Positions 42,313 through 57,854 of a stretch of DNA of 64,000 nt are shown here, piece by piece. A model generated the notes under the pieces. It saw nothing but the letters and a program-made list of their open reading frames with translations. It searched no databases and had not been told where the DNA came from. Location: NCBI RefSeq assembly GCF_009914755.1, contig NC_060938.1, one strand, 5' to 3'. Origin of the DNA: the human T2T-CHM13v2.0 reference genome, Homo sapiens. The first letter of the stretch is position 1, and each line of letters opens with the position of its first letter. A program made the translations under genes and the position numbers.

Positions 42313-44742
42313 TTTTTTTTTTTAATTATTATACTTTAAGTTCTAGGGTACATGTGCACAATGTAAAGGTTTGTTACATATGTATGCATGTGCCATGTTG
42401 GTGTGTTGCACCCATTAACTTGTCATTTACATTAGGAATGTCTCCTAATGCTATCCCTCCCCCCTCCCCCCACTCCACAACAGGCCCCAGTGTGTGATGT
42501 TCCCCACCCTGTGTCCAAGTGTTTTCATTGTTCAATTCCCACCTGTGACTGAGAACATGTGGTGTTTGGTTTTCTATCCTTGTGATAGTTTGCTCAGAAT
42601 GATGGTTTCCAGCTTCACCTATGTCCCTACAAAGGACATGAACTCATCCTTTTTTATGGCTGCATAGTATTCCATGGTGTATATGTGCCACATTTTCTTA
42701 ATCCAGCCTATCATTGTTGGACATTTGGGTTGGTTCCAAGTCTTTGCTATTGTGAATAGTGCTGCAATAAACATACGTGTTCATGTGTCTTTATAGCAGC
42801 ATGATTTATAATTCTTTGGGTATACACCCAGTAATGGGATGACTGGGTCAAATGGTATTTCTAGTTCTAGATCCTTGAGGAATTGCCACACTGTCTTCCA
42901 CAATGGTTGAATTAGTTTACAGTCCCACCAACAGTGTAAAAGTGTTCCTATTTCTCCACATCCTCTCCAGCACCTGTTGTTTCCTGACTTTTTAATGATT
43001 GCCATTCTAACTGGTGTGAGATAGTATCTCATTGTGGTTTTGATTTGCATTTCTCTGATGACCAGTGATGATAAGCATTTTTTCATGTGTCTGTTGGCTG
43101 CATAAATGTCTTCTTTTGAGAAGTATCTGTCCATATCCTTCGCCCACTTTTTGATGGGGTTGTTTGATTTTTTCTTGTAAATTTGTTTAAGTTCTTTGTA
43201 GATTCTGGATATTAGCCCTTTGTCAGATGGATAGATTGTAAAAATTTTCTCCCATTCTGTAGGTTGCCTGTTCACTCTGATGGTAGTTTCTTTTGCTGTG
43301 CAGAAGCTCTTTAGTTTAATTAGGTCCCATTTGTTAATTTTGGCTTTTGTTGACATTGCCTTTGGTGTTTTAGTCATGAAGTCTTTGCCCATGCCTATGT
43401 CCTGAATGGTATTGCCTAGGTTTTCTTCTAGGGTTTTTATGGTTTTAGGTCTAACATTTAAGTCTTTAATCCATCTTGAATTAATTTTTGTATAAGGTGT
43501 AAGGAAGGGATCCAGTTTCAGCTTTCTACATACGGCTAGACAGTTTTCCCAGCACCGTTTATTAAATAGGGAATCCTTTCCCCATTGCTTGTTTTTGTTA
43601 GGTTCATCAAAGATCAGATGGTTGTAGACGTGTGGTGTTATTTCTGAGGGCTCTGTTCTGTTCCATTGGTCTATATCTCTGTTTTGGTACAAGTACCATG
43701 CTGTTTTGGTTACTGTAGCCTTGTAGTATAGCTTGAATTCAGGTAGCGTGATGCCTCCAGCTTTGTTCTTTTGGCTTAGGATTGTCTTGGCAATGTGGGC
43801 TCTTTTTTGGTTCCATATGAACTTTAAAGTAGTTTTTCTCCAAATCTGTGAAGAAAGTCACTGGTAGCTTGATGGGGTTGGTACTGAATCTATAAATTAC
43901 TTTGGGCTGTATGGTCATTTTCACAATATTGATTCTTCCTATCCATGAGCATGGAATGTTCTTCCATTTGTTTGTGTCTTCTTTTATTTTGTTGAGCAGT
44001 GGTTTGTAGTTCTCCTTGAAGAGGTCGTTCACATCCCTTGTAAGTTGGATTCCTAGGTATTTTATTCTCTTTGAAGCGATTGTGAATGGGAGTTCACTCA
44101 TGATTTGGCTCTCTGTTTGTCTGTTATTGGTGTACAGGAATGCTTGTGATTTTTGCACATCGATTTTGTATCCTGAGACTTTGCTGAAGTTGCTTATCAG
44201 CTTAGGGAGATTTTGGGCTGAGATGATGGGGTTTTCCAAATATACAATCATGTCATCTGCAAACAGGGACAATTTGACTTCCTCTTTTCCTAATTGAATA
44301 CCCTTTATTTCTTTCTCCTCCCTGATTGCCTTGGCCGGAAGTTCCAACAGTATGTTGAATAGGAGTGGTGAGAGAGGGCATCCCTATCTTGTGCCAGTTT
44401 TCAAAGGGAATGCTTCCAGTTTTTGCCCATTCAGTATGATATTGGCTGTGGGTTTGTCATAAATAGCTCTTATTATTTTGAGATATGTCCCATCAATACC
44501 TAGTTTATTGAGAGTTTTCAGCATGAAGCACTGTTTAATTTTGTCAAAGGCCTTTTCTGCATCTATTGAGATAATCAATAGTTTGGTTCTGTTGATATGA
44601 TGGGTTACGTTTATTGATTTGCATATGTTGAACCAGCCTTGCATCCCAGGGATGAAGCCAACTTGATCATGGTGGATAAGCTTTTTGATGTACTGCTGGA
44701 TTTGGTTTGACAGTATTTTATTGAGGATTTTTGCATCGATGT
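42313..44742 (-). mobile_element. L1PA 3' segment (ORF2 RT/C-terminus, 3'UTR, poly-A) of a 5'-inverted element
   Basis: Broken ORF2 frames ([14 protein letters not shown]; HCWWDCKL); poly(T) at 42313-42323. Confidence 0.97.
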
Positions 44743-47293
<2,551 letters not shown>

Positions 47294-47500
47294 TAAACAC
47301 TTCCAGAAATGTCTTCTGGGATCTTAATAAGTGACATACAAAACAAAGATTCAGTGGTAAAATAAATTTTAGAAATGCTGGGTTAACCACAAAAATATTT
47401 CTTTTAATTGCAGGATTTCTCAGAGCATTTATTATATGACCTGCATTATAAATTTCCCAGTGGTGGTTGCAGTGAGTAGAATTTCCCAAACATAGGTAAC

Positions 47501-47890
47501 TGCGGTAATATGAAGGGTGGTTCCCCTCCAAAATTCATGCTGAAACTTAATTTCCATTACAACAGCGTTAAGAAGTGTGGCCTTTCTGAATTAAGTCATG
47601 AAGGCTCTGCCCTCATGAGTGGGATTAGAACCCTCACAAAAGAGTTTGAGGTTGAATGGAGTGTCCTTTTTGCCTTTCTGCCATGTGAGGACACAGTGTT
47701 TGTCCCCTCCTCAGGATGCAGCAAGAGTGCCATCTTGGAAGCAAGAGAGCAGACCTCACCAGACACCAAACCTACCATTACCTTGAGCTTGGACTTCCCA
47801 GCCTTCAGAACTGTGAGAAATAAATTTCTATTATTTATAAATTACCCAGTCTGTGGTATTTTGTTATAGCAGCACAAACAGAATGATACA
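47501..47890 (+). mobile_element. MSTD/MLT1A-type MaLR solo LTR
   Basis: ggctctgccctcatgagtgggattag; cttggacttcccagccttcagaactgtgagaaataaatttc. Confidence 0.87.
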
Positions 47891-48989
47891 ATGACTGGGG
47901 AAGCATCTTAGAGGACTTGTGTTCTGTAAATACTTATAACACTGTTTTAAATTATCAGTGCTTCATTTCTTGGATTTCCAACTGGGAGAAGATTGCCCTG
48001 GGAGCAAGTCATTGTTTGTTTTATCAAATGAGAGTGAGTCAGCACAAATTTCAACCAAGTGCCTTGACTTCCTAGTAGAGTCACAGCTTCCTTCGTGGAA
48101 CAGATATCATGCCTTTACAAAAGCACTGAAGGAATATTTGAGGGTTCACAAAGCCTTTAGCACATGGGAGGGCTTCTCTTTGGATGGATGCTGTGGTTTA
48201 ACAGCCACTGGACAGGATCTCCATCATAGACAAGATTTTCCAAGCATCAACGACCAATGTGATTCCTTGGAAACTAAGAGGTTTGGACAATATCTAAGAA
48301 AGAGAATAGGAAGAGGTAGCAGAATTAAGAAAAAAAAAAATTTAAACTTGCTGGCAATAAAGAACCATCCAGAAAATGTCTGACGACTTCTCTGACATGA
48401 ATCTTTCAAATATGAAAAAACATCTGTGACATCACCACCCCACTCCCCCACAAAAAAACAAACAAGAAACCAAAAAGGTCAGGATGTTCTATGTCCTTCT
48501 ACTTCTTTCCCATGTACTTCACTAGAGTCGCTGTAGGATTGAGGGAAGTTTATGAAGGGCTAGAGTTTCTAACCAGACCTACGGACCACAGCTCTCCTTA
48601 TAGCCCTGAAGACTTATAACCCAGAAGGGTAAAAAAGGCCTGACTGCCAGGTGGGTACACAAGCTCTCTGCTCCACTGACCACAGGTAGTGAGGGGGCCA
48701 GCCTGAACTCCAGCACAGAGTGGAATTTGAGAACATGTTCTGTAGCTAGTTACTGCTCCTGGAAAGCCAAATAACAACAACTTCTCAAGGCCTCTCAGGG
48801 TTGGGAAGCTGAGAAAGGAAGTCAAGGCACTTGGTTGAAATTTGTGCTGACTCACTCTCAGCTTCCCACTTCTCAGCTTCTCTGTGTGTTTGTAAGCCAC
48901 ATAATAAAGAATTTGGTGAGTTTTAAAAGTAATTTCCCTTTTTGTACACTGAGCTATCTCCATGAAAGAAGTTCTACAGATGTTTGAGA

Positions 48990-49130
48990 AGAATGACCAT
49001 ATGTTTTGGTTTGCGCAGACAGTCCTGGTTAGTGCTTACTGATTGATTAGCGATTGTTAATTATTTTTAGCTCCTCATTTCACTCCCCTAAGTGTCCTGC
49101 TTGGGTGATGAATTACACGATCTCCCTACT
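48990..49130. mobile_element. MER94/MER81-like hAT-Blackjack MITE
   Basis: tgaccatatgttttggtttgcgcagacagtcctgg ... gatctcccta. Confidence 0.5.
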
Positions 49131-50836
49131 TACAAGTGGGAGAAGTGAATAGGTGGAAGAAATGCCATCATTGCCAAATTTCTAACTATAAATGGATGTT
49201 TCTCAAAGGAATGACAGGCTATCAGCTGTATCTATATCAGCTATATGTAAGAGTGTAATTAGGGACATAATGAAGATCCATTTGCAGACAACCCAAAGGG
49301 AATGATAGGAATTTTAGGACAAATGAAGGAAAACACCACCTATGTGACGTGAGCAGGTTGCAGAGAGAGAATTGGAGTTGGCTGTGATGACTGTGCAGCT
49401 ATGGCTGCACCAGAGGCTGCAGCGTGGCAAAACTCATGATCAAGTGTCTTGTAATTCTTATATTTTGTTGCCCATCAAATTCTATACATAGAAATAATAC
49501 CAAGAAAGGTCCAGGAGGGAGGAAGCAGTGGGCTGTCTATGCCACCCTGCCATTATAGGGAGTCTGTTCTCTGTTGCTCCTGATTTGAAGTTCAAAATAC
49601 TCTCTCAGATTCCCTCATCACCCTCACAGGCAAACACTTTCTCTGGGAGCTGAGCAGGGCTATTTGTAGGCGACTGTACTCTGATCACCATTCCATCTCT
49701 TCCAATCTGACTTGCCTCTGCCATGAAAGCCACGTTAATTATCAATATATAGGCCTTACAGTCCCCAATTCACCCTGCAACTTTCAATGTCTACCATACG
49801 TGCTGTAATGGATGGAATTCCTGTATTCATTTCTTTACAATGAGTACTATTAGGCTTTCTTATTAGAGGGCACTGGAGGACACTGTAGAAGAAAGAATCT
49901 CCTGGCCACTTTCTGCTGCTGCACAGTTGATGATGGGGTGGGTGCAATGACATCTAATGGTGCTTTGTCTTAGACATCAGCCCAGAACCCATGGCCCTTT
50001 GGCAATCTTGTGACCTGGCCTACCTTGGGGATCACCTTCCCACAGCCCTCCCAACATGGACATTGTGTACTCCAGGCCTCCTACTCACAGTGGTTCCCCA
50101 GCTCCCTCTGTGAGCCCTCCACCAGCTGGCCTTGCTTGCTCTCTAAAAGAGCTGTTTCCTGCCTGCCTGGTGACTGTGGACCAGCTCTGGTACAGGCAAC
50201 CCAGCAAACTGCTCTGCCATTCACTGGTCTGCAGTTGTATCTTCATTGTGGTCTGAGCCTCAGCCTCTTCCAGTATTACTCTTTCTTGGTACTGTCCCTT
50301 AACCCTAGTATGTCTTTTAAAGTTCTTATTATATCTTACAATTCTCCTATCATGGCTTAATTCTTCATGGTAAACATTTCACTTTTAAAAGAGATTTATT
50401 AAGAATTTATTGTTTGAACCAAAAGCTTTATTAAAAACCTAAAAAAGTATAATATATACTCATGCTGAAAAATGCAAATAATATAGAAGGGTATACATTG
50501 AAAATTGAAGATCTCATTCTTCTCCACTCTCCCCACTTTTGTTTTATAATCATTTCTATGTCCCAACTATAAAAATCATTTATAACTTTTAATGTACTTT
50601 TCTACAAACTTTCTGTGCATCAATAAACATACACATAGATGTTAACTTTCCTGTTATGCTCTTAACACAGTTTTGAACCCTACTTTTTTCTTTAGTTAAT
50701 ATATATTGGGCAGCTTTCCATATCAACACATTTTATTTTTAAAATATTTATTTGTTCATTTAGTTATTTATTTTCCAAGAAATACAAATACATACTTATG
50801 AATATCAAACATCAAAGAGGTATAAAAAGAAAAGTG

Positions 50837-51135
<299 letters not shown>

Positions 51136-51260
51136 AGTTTCCTGAATTACCACTACCTCTTTTAATCATTTTGGCTACCACCATAATTTTAAAAATACAC
51201 ACACATTTATATGCAGGTATACATTTATTTGAGTCATCAACTTTAGACAGTATTTATTAA

Positions 51261-51752
51261 TTTTCCCATTTAGAAAAAAGAAGTGCAGCTCGCCACCAGC
51301 ACTCATTTAATTTTACATAAACACGCTCTTCAAGGTCAAGCAAATCTGACTGATTTTCAGTGTGAAAATAAAATATCAACACTGTTCTTGGAGTTATTTC
51401 TAAATAGAACCAATATCAGAATCTTCCGAATAATCAGAATCATCTATATCGGAAAAGTCAATCTCATCAAATGAATCTTCAAGGGCCAACAAGTGTTCGA
51501 GAATTCTAGCATTTGACATTTTCAGCGATCGAGAATTACTGTATTTTGTTAATATTAATGGAAATACCACCACTAAAAACAGAATGCTATCAATAGAGTG
51601 ATGTCTTTTGTTTGCAAAGTCAATATACTAGAGCAATTTGAAAATGTGAAAATAATAATAAAAATGAGATATTGCATAGCAAAGTTATCTCAGGGTAAAT
51701 GTGTGGCTACAATTCCAACCGCCGAGTATTCTCAGGGCAAATGGGAAAAGGG
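51261..51752 (-). mobile_element. MER75 non-autonomous piggyBac element
   Basis: TTAA at 51257-51260 and 51753-51756; TIRs ttttcccattt / aaatgggaaaaggg; ~490 bp. Confidence 0.85.
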
Positions 51753-51939
51753 TTAATTCCTTAATGTGTAAAATAAGAAATGTAGGATGTCCTGGCTTCT
51801 TCCACTTCTATCACCCTTGTTCCCTCTGAGCTTTGGTCAGTCATTGTATTTTTTCATATCCTCAAGATTTACATTTGTTGGTTCCATGTACATTTGCACA
51901 TTTGCAATCAGACTTTCTACTTTGTATGTAGATTCTAAA

Positions 51940-52237
51940 GGTTGAATTTGTGGCTCATTTCTGTAATCCCAGCACTTTGGGAAGCTGAGGTGAGAGGATT
52001 GCTTGAGCCCAGGAGTTTGAGACCAGCCTGGGCAACACAGTGAGATCCTGTCTCTACAAAAACTACAAAAATTATCTGGGTGTGGTAGCACATGCGTGTG
52101 GTCCCACCTACTTGAGAGGCTGAGGTGAGGGGATTGCTTGAGTGTGGGAGTTCGAGTCTGCAGTAAGCTATGATCATGCCACTGCCCTTCACCCTGGGCA
52201 ATGGAGTGAGACCCTGTCTCAAAAAAAAAAAAAAAAG
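51940..52237 (+). mobile_element. AluJ
   Basis: Alu dimer, poly(A), TSD ~aa(g/a)gttgaa. Confidence 0.9.
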
Positions 52238-52394
52238 TTGAAATGCAATAAATACCATTTATAATATAATTAGGTAACTATTAATCCTAGTAAAACCAAC
52301 TAGCAGGAATGAAGATTTAGAGAAGGAAATGGCATTCTATGCCACAAACTAAAGACTGTCTCAAGTCAAATGTATTAGTTTTTCTTTACATTGT

Positions 52395-52930
52395 TGTTAC
52401 CAACCATGGGTTCTTGGGCTCTCAATGTAATAGAGATTGACATGAGGCCAAAAGAGTTTTCCTAAACAAGGCTTTATGGGAGCTTATGCTCAGACAAAGG
52501 GAGACAGCTCAAAAGAGAGATAATTCCCTGGCTCACTCTCCAAAAAGACATGGTATGGCTTTTTTGATTAGGCAAAGCTCCAGAATTGACATGGGGGTGG
52601 AATATGCAGGCTGGGCTGGGCAAAGCACATGAGGGGTAGGGTATGCAGGTCAGCATTATCTGGTTGCAGATGGTTATCTTGAGTCATGGGTCTCATGGGC
52701 CACCTGGTGGTCTGCCCTTTCCCAAAAAGGCTGTGAATCAGTTGCTCAGTCTGCCTTCCCAAGGTGGGACACTGCAAACTTCGTTGTCTCCTAATGCCAG
52801 TTCCTGGAATTTTTTATGTAAAAGGACTATCAGTGAGGTAGTGGTGTGGGCTTTGTGATCAGTGGGAATGCACGAAAGAAGGCTCTAATGGGGGTGAGCT
52901 GAAGCCAAACCCTGTCTCTACTCTGTCTCA
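52395..52930 (-). mobile_element. ERV1 solo LTR (subfamily uncertain)
   Basis: TG...CA termini (tgttacc ... ctgtctca); 4-bp TSD ttgt/atgt. Confidence 0.72.
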
Positions 52931-53312
52931 ATGTGATAATTACTCAATTTTTTTTCACAATTTAGTTTATATTATATATGAAGTGATTTTTCTGTACAGT
53001 TTTTTTTCCTGGAGTTTCTAATTATCTTTCTTTTTTTATTGTTGTTTGACCAAAGAAACATGTCTTTAAGAGCTTCCAGTTTCTTAATCGTAAATAAAGC
53101 CATCTTGTTTTTGAAGACCTTCACAGAACCTGGTGATCTTTTGTTTTAATTTGGATCAATTGCTTCCTAAGTTGCTTTGTAAGACTGCAAAAATTGTTGT
53201 GCTAAATTTTCTTTTCACTGGGTTCTTCTAGTTACTTCCTTTTTCCCCAGAAAACATGTATTATTTTTTCTTGCATTATTTTTTGTTGTTGTTGTTTAAG
53301 GCTATGGAGAAA

Positions 53313-53781
53313 TGTAGCAGGAGAAGTTGTAGACAAAATCCCTCAGACACCAGATTGTGGAAGGAAAGAGTTTTATTCAGCTGGGAGCACTGGCAGACTC
53401 ACGTCCTGGTAACCGAGCTCCCTGAATAAGTAATTCCTGTCCCTTACAAGGCTCTCAACTCTAAAGGGGCCGCGTGAAGGGCGGGGGGCGGGAGGTTGTG
53501 ATTGATTGAGCAAATGAGGGTTACATGACTGGAGGCTGCATGTACCAGTAATCAGAATGAAACAGAACAGAACAGGGAGTTTCACAATGCTTCCTCATAC
53601 AATGTCTAGAATCTAAAGATAACACAAGTGGTGAGGTCAGGGGTTGAATTTTAACTACCAGGCCCAAAATGTGGCGTGGGGCTGCCTATGAATTTCACTT
53701 CTGCCTATTCTTTTAACTTCTACTTTTTCAGCAAACAAGAAATTAAGTATAAGACAATATGAGAAGTGGTCTCCTCTCTCA
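53313..53781 (-). mobile_element. HERV-E 3' LTR (LTR2 family)
   Basis: Reverse complement reads tgagagaggagaccacttctcatattgtcttat ... ttttgtctacaacttctcctgctaca; polypurine tract immediately upstream (53782-53790). Confidence 0.88.
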
Positions 53782-55372
53782 TTTCCCCCTTTGAGACCCT
53801 CACTCTCTAGTGGGAGTTCTCACTTTCATCCTCACTACCTATGTCTTCCTGCAAGACAGATCGATAGTGATTCATATAGTACACTTGTGCTGAAGCATTT
53901 TGGTGACTAAGGTAGCAACAAAGCTTTTTATCATTTGGAGGAGTACAGGTAGCACACAAGGGAGTAGGTAGGTTCCTATTACTACTATAATTCCTATTAT
54001 AAGAGTTTTAAATCCTCTTATCACTGGGAACCATTTTCTAAACATGGCCCCAGGATCAAACCCATGCCACACTTGCACAGGCACATGTGCCAGCTTTGTT
54101 ATGTCTCTAACTATGTCTTCGACTACTTGCCCTCGATCATCTATGTGTAGGCAGCAATTAGTAAGGTTAAATTTTCCACAGGCCCCTCCTTCAGCTGCTA
54201 GTAAGTAGTCAAGAGCCAATCTATTTTCATAGATAACATTTCTCATCTGAGTTTCTTGTCAGGCCGGTAAAGTCAAGGCTTGGCCGGTTTTATTAGTGAT
54301 GATTTCTAAGACGGCTTGCAACCGTATGATTCGGTTGAGCATGTAAATGGGGGTCCGTTATCCCCACAAGCCATCTTGTGTCCAAGTAGCAGGCCCATAG
54401 TATTGTATAATTCTTTCAGGGGGCCATTCGTCATCTTTCCAATTACCTATGGCCATGCTTCTCCTTTCGTGGGAAGCATAGACAGGGAAGCCTAGAAGTT
54501 CACCTGTTTTTATGGGCAGTAGGAAGAAAGATGGTTTAATAGTGCCAATAACACAACTACCTGTCCATTGGTCAGGCAGCTTAGCATAGGCTCTATGCCC
54601 ACATATCCAGTATGTGGATTCAGTGGCAGCCATCCAGTCCCGATGGGACTCCAGGTGGGTCCACACAGTCAGCAACTTTGGAAATTTACTAAATGGATTC
54701 TTTTCAGTGTAGTTTGAACTCCACCAAATGGCTGTTTTGGTAGTTGTCCACGACAACTGAGCCATCCTACAGGGTGGGTAAATTCTTTTCCTTCTCTAGC
54801 TATGCAATACTGCCCAATAATTGAGGCTTTTAGGACCCAGAAGTTATCAGGATGATTCTTTTGGGCTGGGAATTCACAGGGAACGGGGTCTGTAGGCACT
54901 AATTCTCAGGCTTCCCATGGCCACTGATCTCCCATTATGGTTCCTCCACAAACATAACATGAAGTGACATTAAGAGACCAGCTACATGCTCAGCTAATTG
55001 CAAAAACAAGTTTCTAGTTTTTCCTGGAATTTCTGGTACCAGCACATTTAGTTCATTATAGAAAGTTTGAAACACTGGTTGGGGAAAGCATTTTTGGACT
55101 TCTCCTCATATCAAGATATGGACTCTGGGATCAAGACCGGTCCCATCAATTCCTAGGGTTACATATTCCCCTGTTTTCCAGTGGGGATCTAGTGGGTTAG
55201 CAATTATTAGTTCTAATGGGTTGTAATTTCCACTAATGCCAGAAGAGTTACTTTTTCCTTTCTGGAGACTGACGGGGTCTTTGTCATCTTTTTTAAGTAG
55301 CCCAAATGATGCAAGACCAGTATAAGCAACCTCCACAATTTCCTAGTTCATGACATACATACTTATTTTCTA
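53782..55372 (-). pseudogene. HERV-E env remnant (part of SU + TM), frameshifted
   Basis: Split ORFs encode the [21 protein letters not shown]6CC-type motif [12 protein letters not shown] anchor [13 protein letters not shown], altered furin site HERR|S, and GPATWTQDG. Confidence 0.92.
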
Positions 55373-55487
55373 TGGTCAAATAATTACTGGAAATTATAGA
55401 ATAACTTTCTGCATTGTTAGATTTCTGAAAATGCCTTTATTTTGCTCTCATACATGATTCATATTTATCTGGACCCCTAAAGTCTAG

Positions 55488-56864
55488 TGTATCAGTCTGG
55501 TCCAATCAGGAGACAGAAATTACAGAGTAATTTGAACAGGAAAAGTAATATAAAGAATTATAAACTTTAACAGAGAATTGGAGTAATGAGGAATTATTAA
55601 GTAAAAAGGAAAGAGAACTCTAAAAAATATAGGAATGACAGATACAAGGAGCCATTCTACCCCTGGGCTGAGACAGAGCACCCAGAAAGAGCTCCCCTCC
55701 TCCTCTCCTCCTGTTCCCAGAGCTGAGATCCAGGTCTTGTTGGAAAGGACATAGCCATGGCTCACTGCATAGCAGGGGAGTCACTGTGGTACCACGCCAG
55801 TTGGAAATTGATCTTCTAAGGTGCTATGGAAAGCTGGTCATGGGGTGGTGTCTCACCAGATGCACTGCACTACAAAACTGCTCAGAGGATGATTCCAGGG
55901 GAACAGACTTCCAGCCTGCTGCTGCCAGCCTTGTGCTACAGGACTTGGCTACTGGAGAAGCTTTGTAACTGCCCAACCAGTTCATTTTGCTCACTGCCTA
56001 AACAGAGCCAACTTATAAAGACAGGGGAATTGCAATAGAGAAAAAGTTTAATTTACACAGAGCATGCTGTATGGGAGACCAGGTATCAGGGGTTTTTAAG
56101 GATAATTTGGGGGGTAGGGGACCCAGTGAGTCAGGAGTGCTGATTTGTTGTGTCAGAGTTGAAATCACAGGGAGTTGAAGCTGTCCTCTTGTGCTGAGTC
56201 AGTTCTTGAGTTGTGAGCCATAAGACCAGATGAACTAGTTTATCTATCTAGGGTGGTGCCAGCAGATCGATTAGGGTCTATAAAATATCTCAAGCAGTCA
56301 TCTTAGATTTTATAATAGTGATGGTATCCCCAGGAGCAGAACCTTGCAGCCTCTAGCTTCATAACTCCTAAGCCATCATTTCTAATCTTGTGACTAATTT
56401 GTTAGTCCTGCAAAGACAGTCTAGTCCCCAGGCAGAAAGGGAGTTTGTTTTGGGAAAGGACTGTTAAAGTCTTTGTTTCAAACTATAAAATAAGTTTCTC
56501 TTAAAGTTAGTTCAGCCTATGCCCAGGAATGAACAAGGGTAGATTGGAGGTTAGAAACAAGATGGAGTCGGTTAGGTCAGATCTCTCTCACTGTCATAAT
56601 TTTCTCAGTTATAATTTTTGCAAAGGCAGTTGCAGCTTGATGCTGAAGAAGCTGCTCGTGCTATAGGAGCCCACCAAGGGAACATTCCAGAACCAGCAAG
56701 CAAATCAATCTCTTTTCCCCAGGGATGTCTCTTCAGGGCTCTCTACTGGCAGTGTTTCAGTGATACCAGGTAAGGGAAAATACTTAAAGGATCCAGATCC
56801 ATTTTCACAGAGCAAGCAAAAAGGGAGAATTTGGAGCCAAGAGGCCATAAATCAATAACTGGCA
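55488..56864 (-). mobile_element. LTR41-like ERVL LTR interrupted by an LTR8-family LTR (55964-56634, -)
   Basis: Reverse complement begins tgccagttattgatttatggcctcttggctccaaattc; inner LTR tgtaactgcc...tttgcaaaggcagttgca with TSD gctt. Confidence 0.78.
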
Positions 56865-57304
56865 TGTGTAGGTACAGAATGACTCGTGTCATTAGAATGT
56901 TAAAGAATTTGCTCGATTGTCTTCTGATAGCTTGTAATGCAGATGAGAAGTCTGATGCCATCTTAGTACTTCTTCATGGGTGACTTGTTTTTCCCTCTCT
57001 GAGAGGTGTTAGAATATTCATCTTTGGAGTTCTGAAATCTCATAAGAAGGTGTATAAATGTCACTTTTCCCGCAGTTCACCTGCTTGGGAGCCTGTAGAC
57101 CTATCCCAATCTAAAGACTTGAATCTTTAGCTCAAAAAATTCTTATGTTTGTTTATCCTATTACTATTTCCTCATGCAAATTTCTCTTCTCTCTCTTTTG
57201 AACCAGTTTGTCTCTTGTCTCTCTTGTCTCTCTTTTGAACTCCTACTAAACAGATGTTGGACCCCCTGGATTGGTCTTTGTCTTTTTCAACTTTCTTTTC
57301 AAAC

Positions 57305-57854
57305 TGTAACCAAGTACTCCCATTTTTCTAAGAGGTGGTTTAATTAATTTTTCCCTCTCTCTCTTCTTTTATTTCTTTTCTTCTTTTTTCCCCGGTTCCC
57401 CCACCTCTTAGCCCTTTAGAAATGCAAATATAACCTTCACCTCCCCGTCACCAGACATTCCCTACAGGGCAAGTTCATCTGTCTGCTCCAAGACAGACCT
57501 CTCCTTGAGAGTTGACAGTTGATTTGCAGACCAACGCATGCTCCCACAGAACTCTCACCTCCAGGGGCTTGCCTCAGGTAGGTATGTTAAAAGCATGCCC
57601 ATTTGGCCACTTTACAACTTGGAAAGCACCAACTCAACTGCCCAGTAGATAAGGAGCCCCTGCCCTTGCTCATTTTCTCCCCTACCTTATAAAAGTGTCT
57701 ACTTTCTGTTCCAAAAGTGGAGCACTAAGGCAGGACATCTGTGCCTCTTCCCCAAGCTAGCTTCAGAGTAAATATACTTGCTTCATATCAGACTTCGCTC
57801 TTTTTAATTGGACTCTCTGCATGCAGTGAGCAACTAACCCACATTTCAATTACA
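57305..57854 (+). mobile_element. ERV1 solo LTR inside an old minus-strand L1M
   Basis: TGTAACC...TTACA termini; perfect 4-bp TSD aaac; TATAAAA at ~57689. Confidence 0.82.

Noticed and set aside
53872-55336. Syncytin-like co-opted env gene
   Set aside because: The frame is split into at least four pieces, the signal peptide and N-terminus are missing, and the furin site is altered (HERR).
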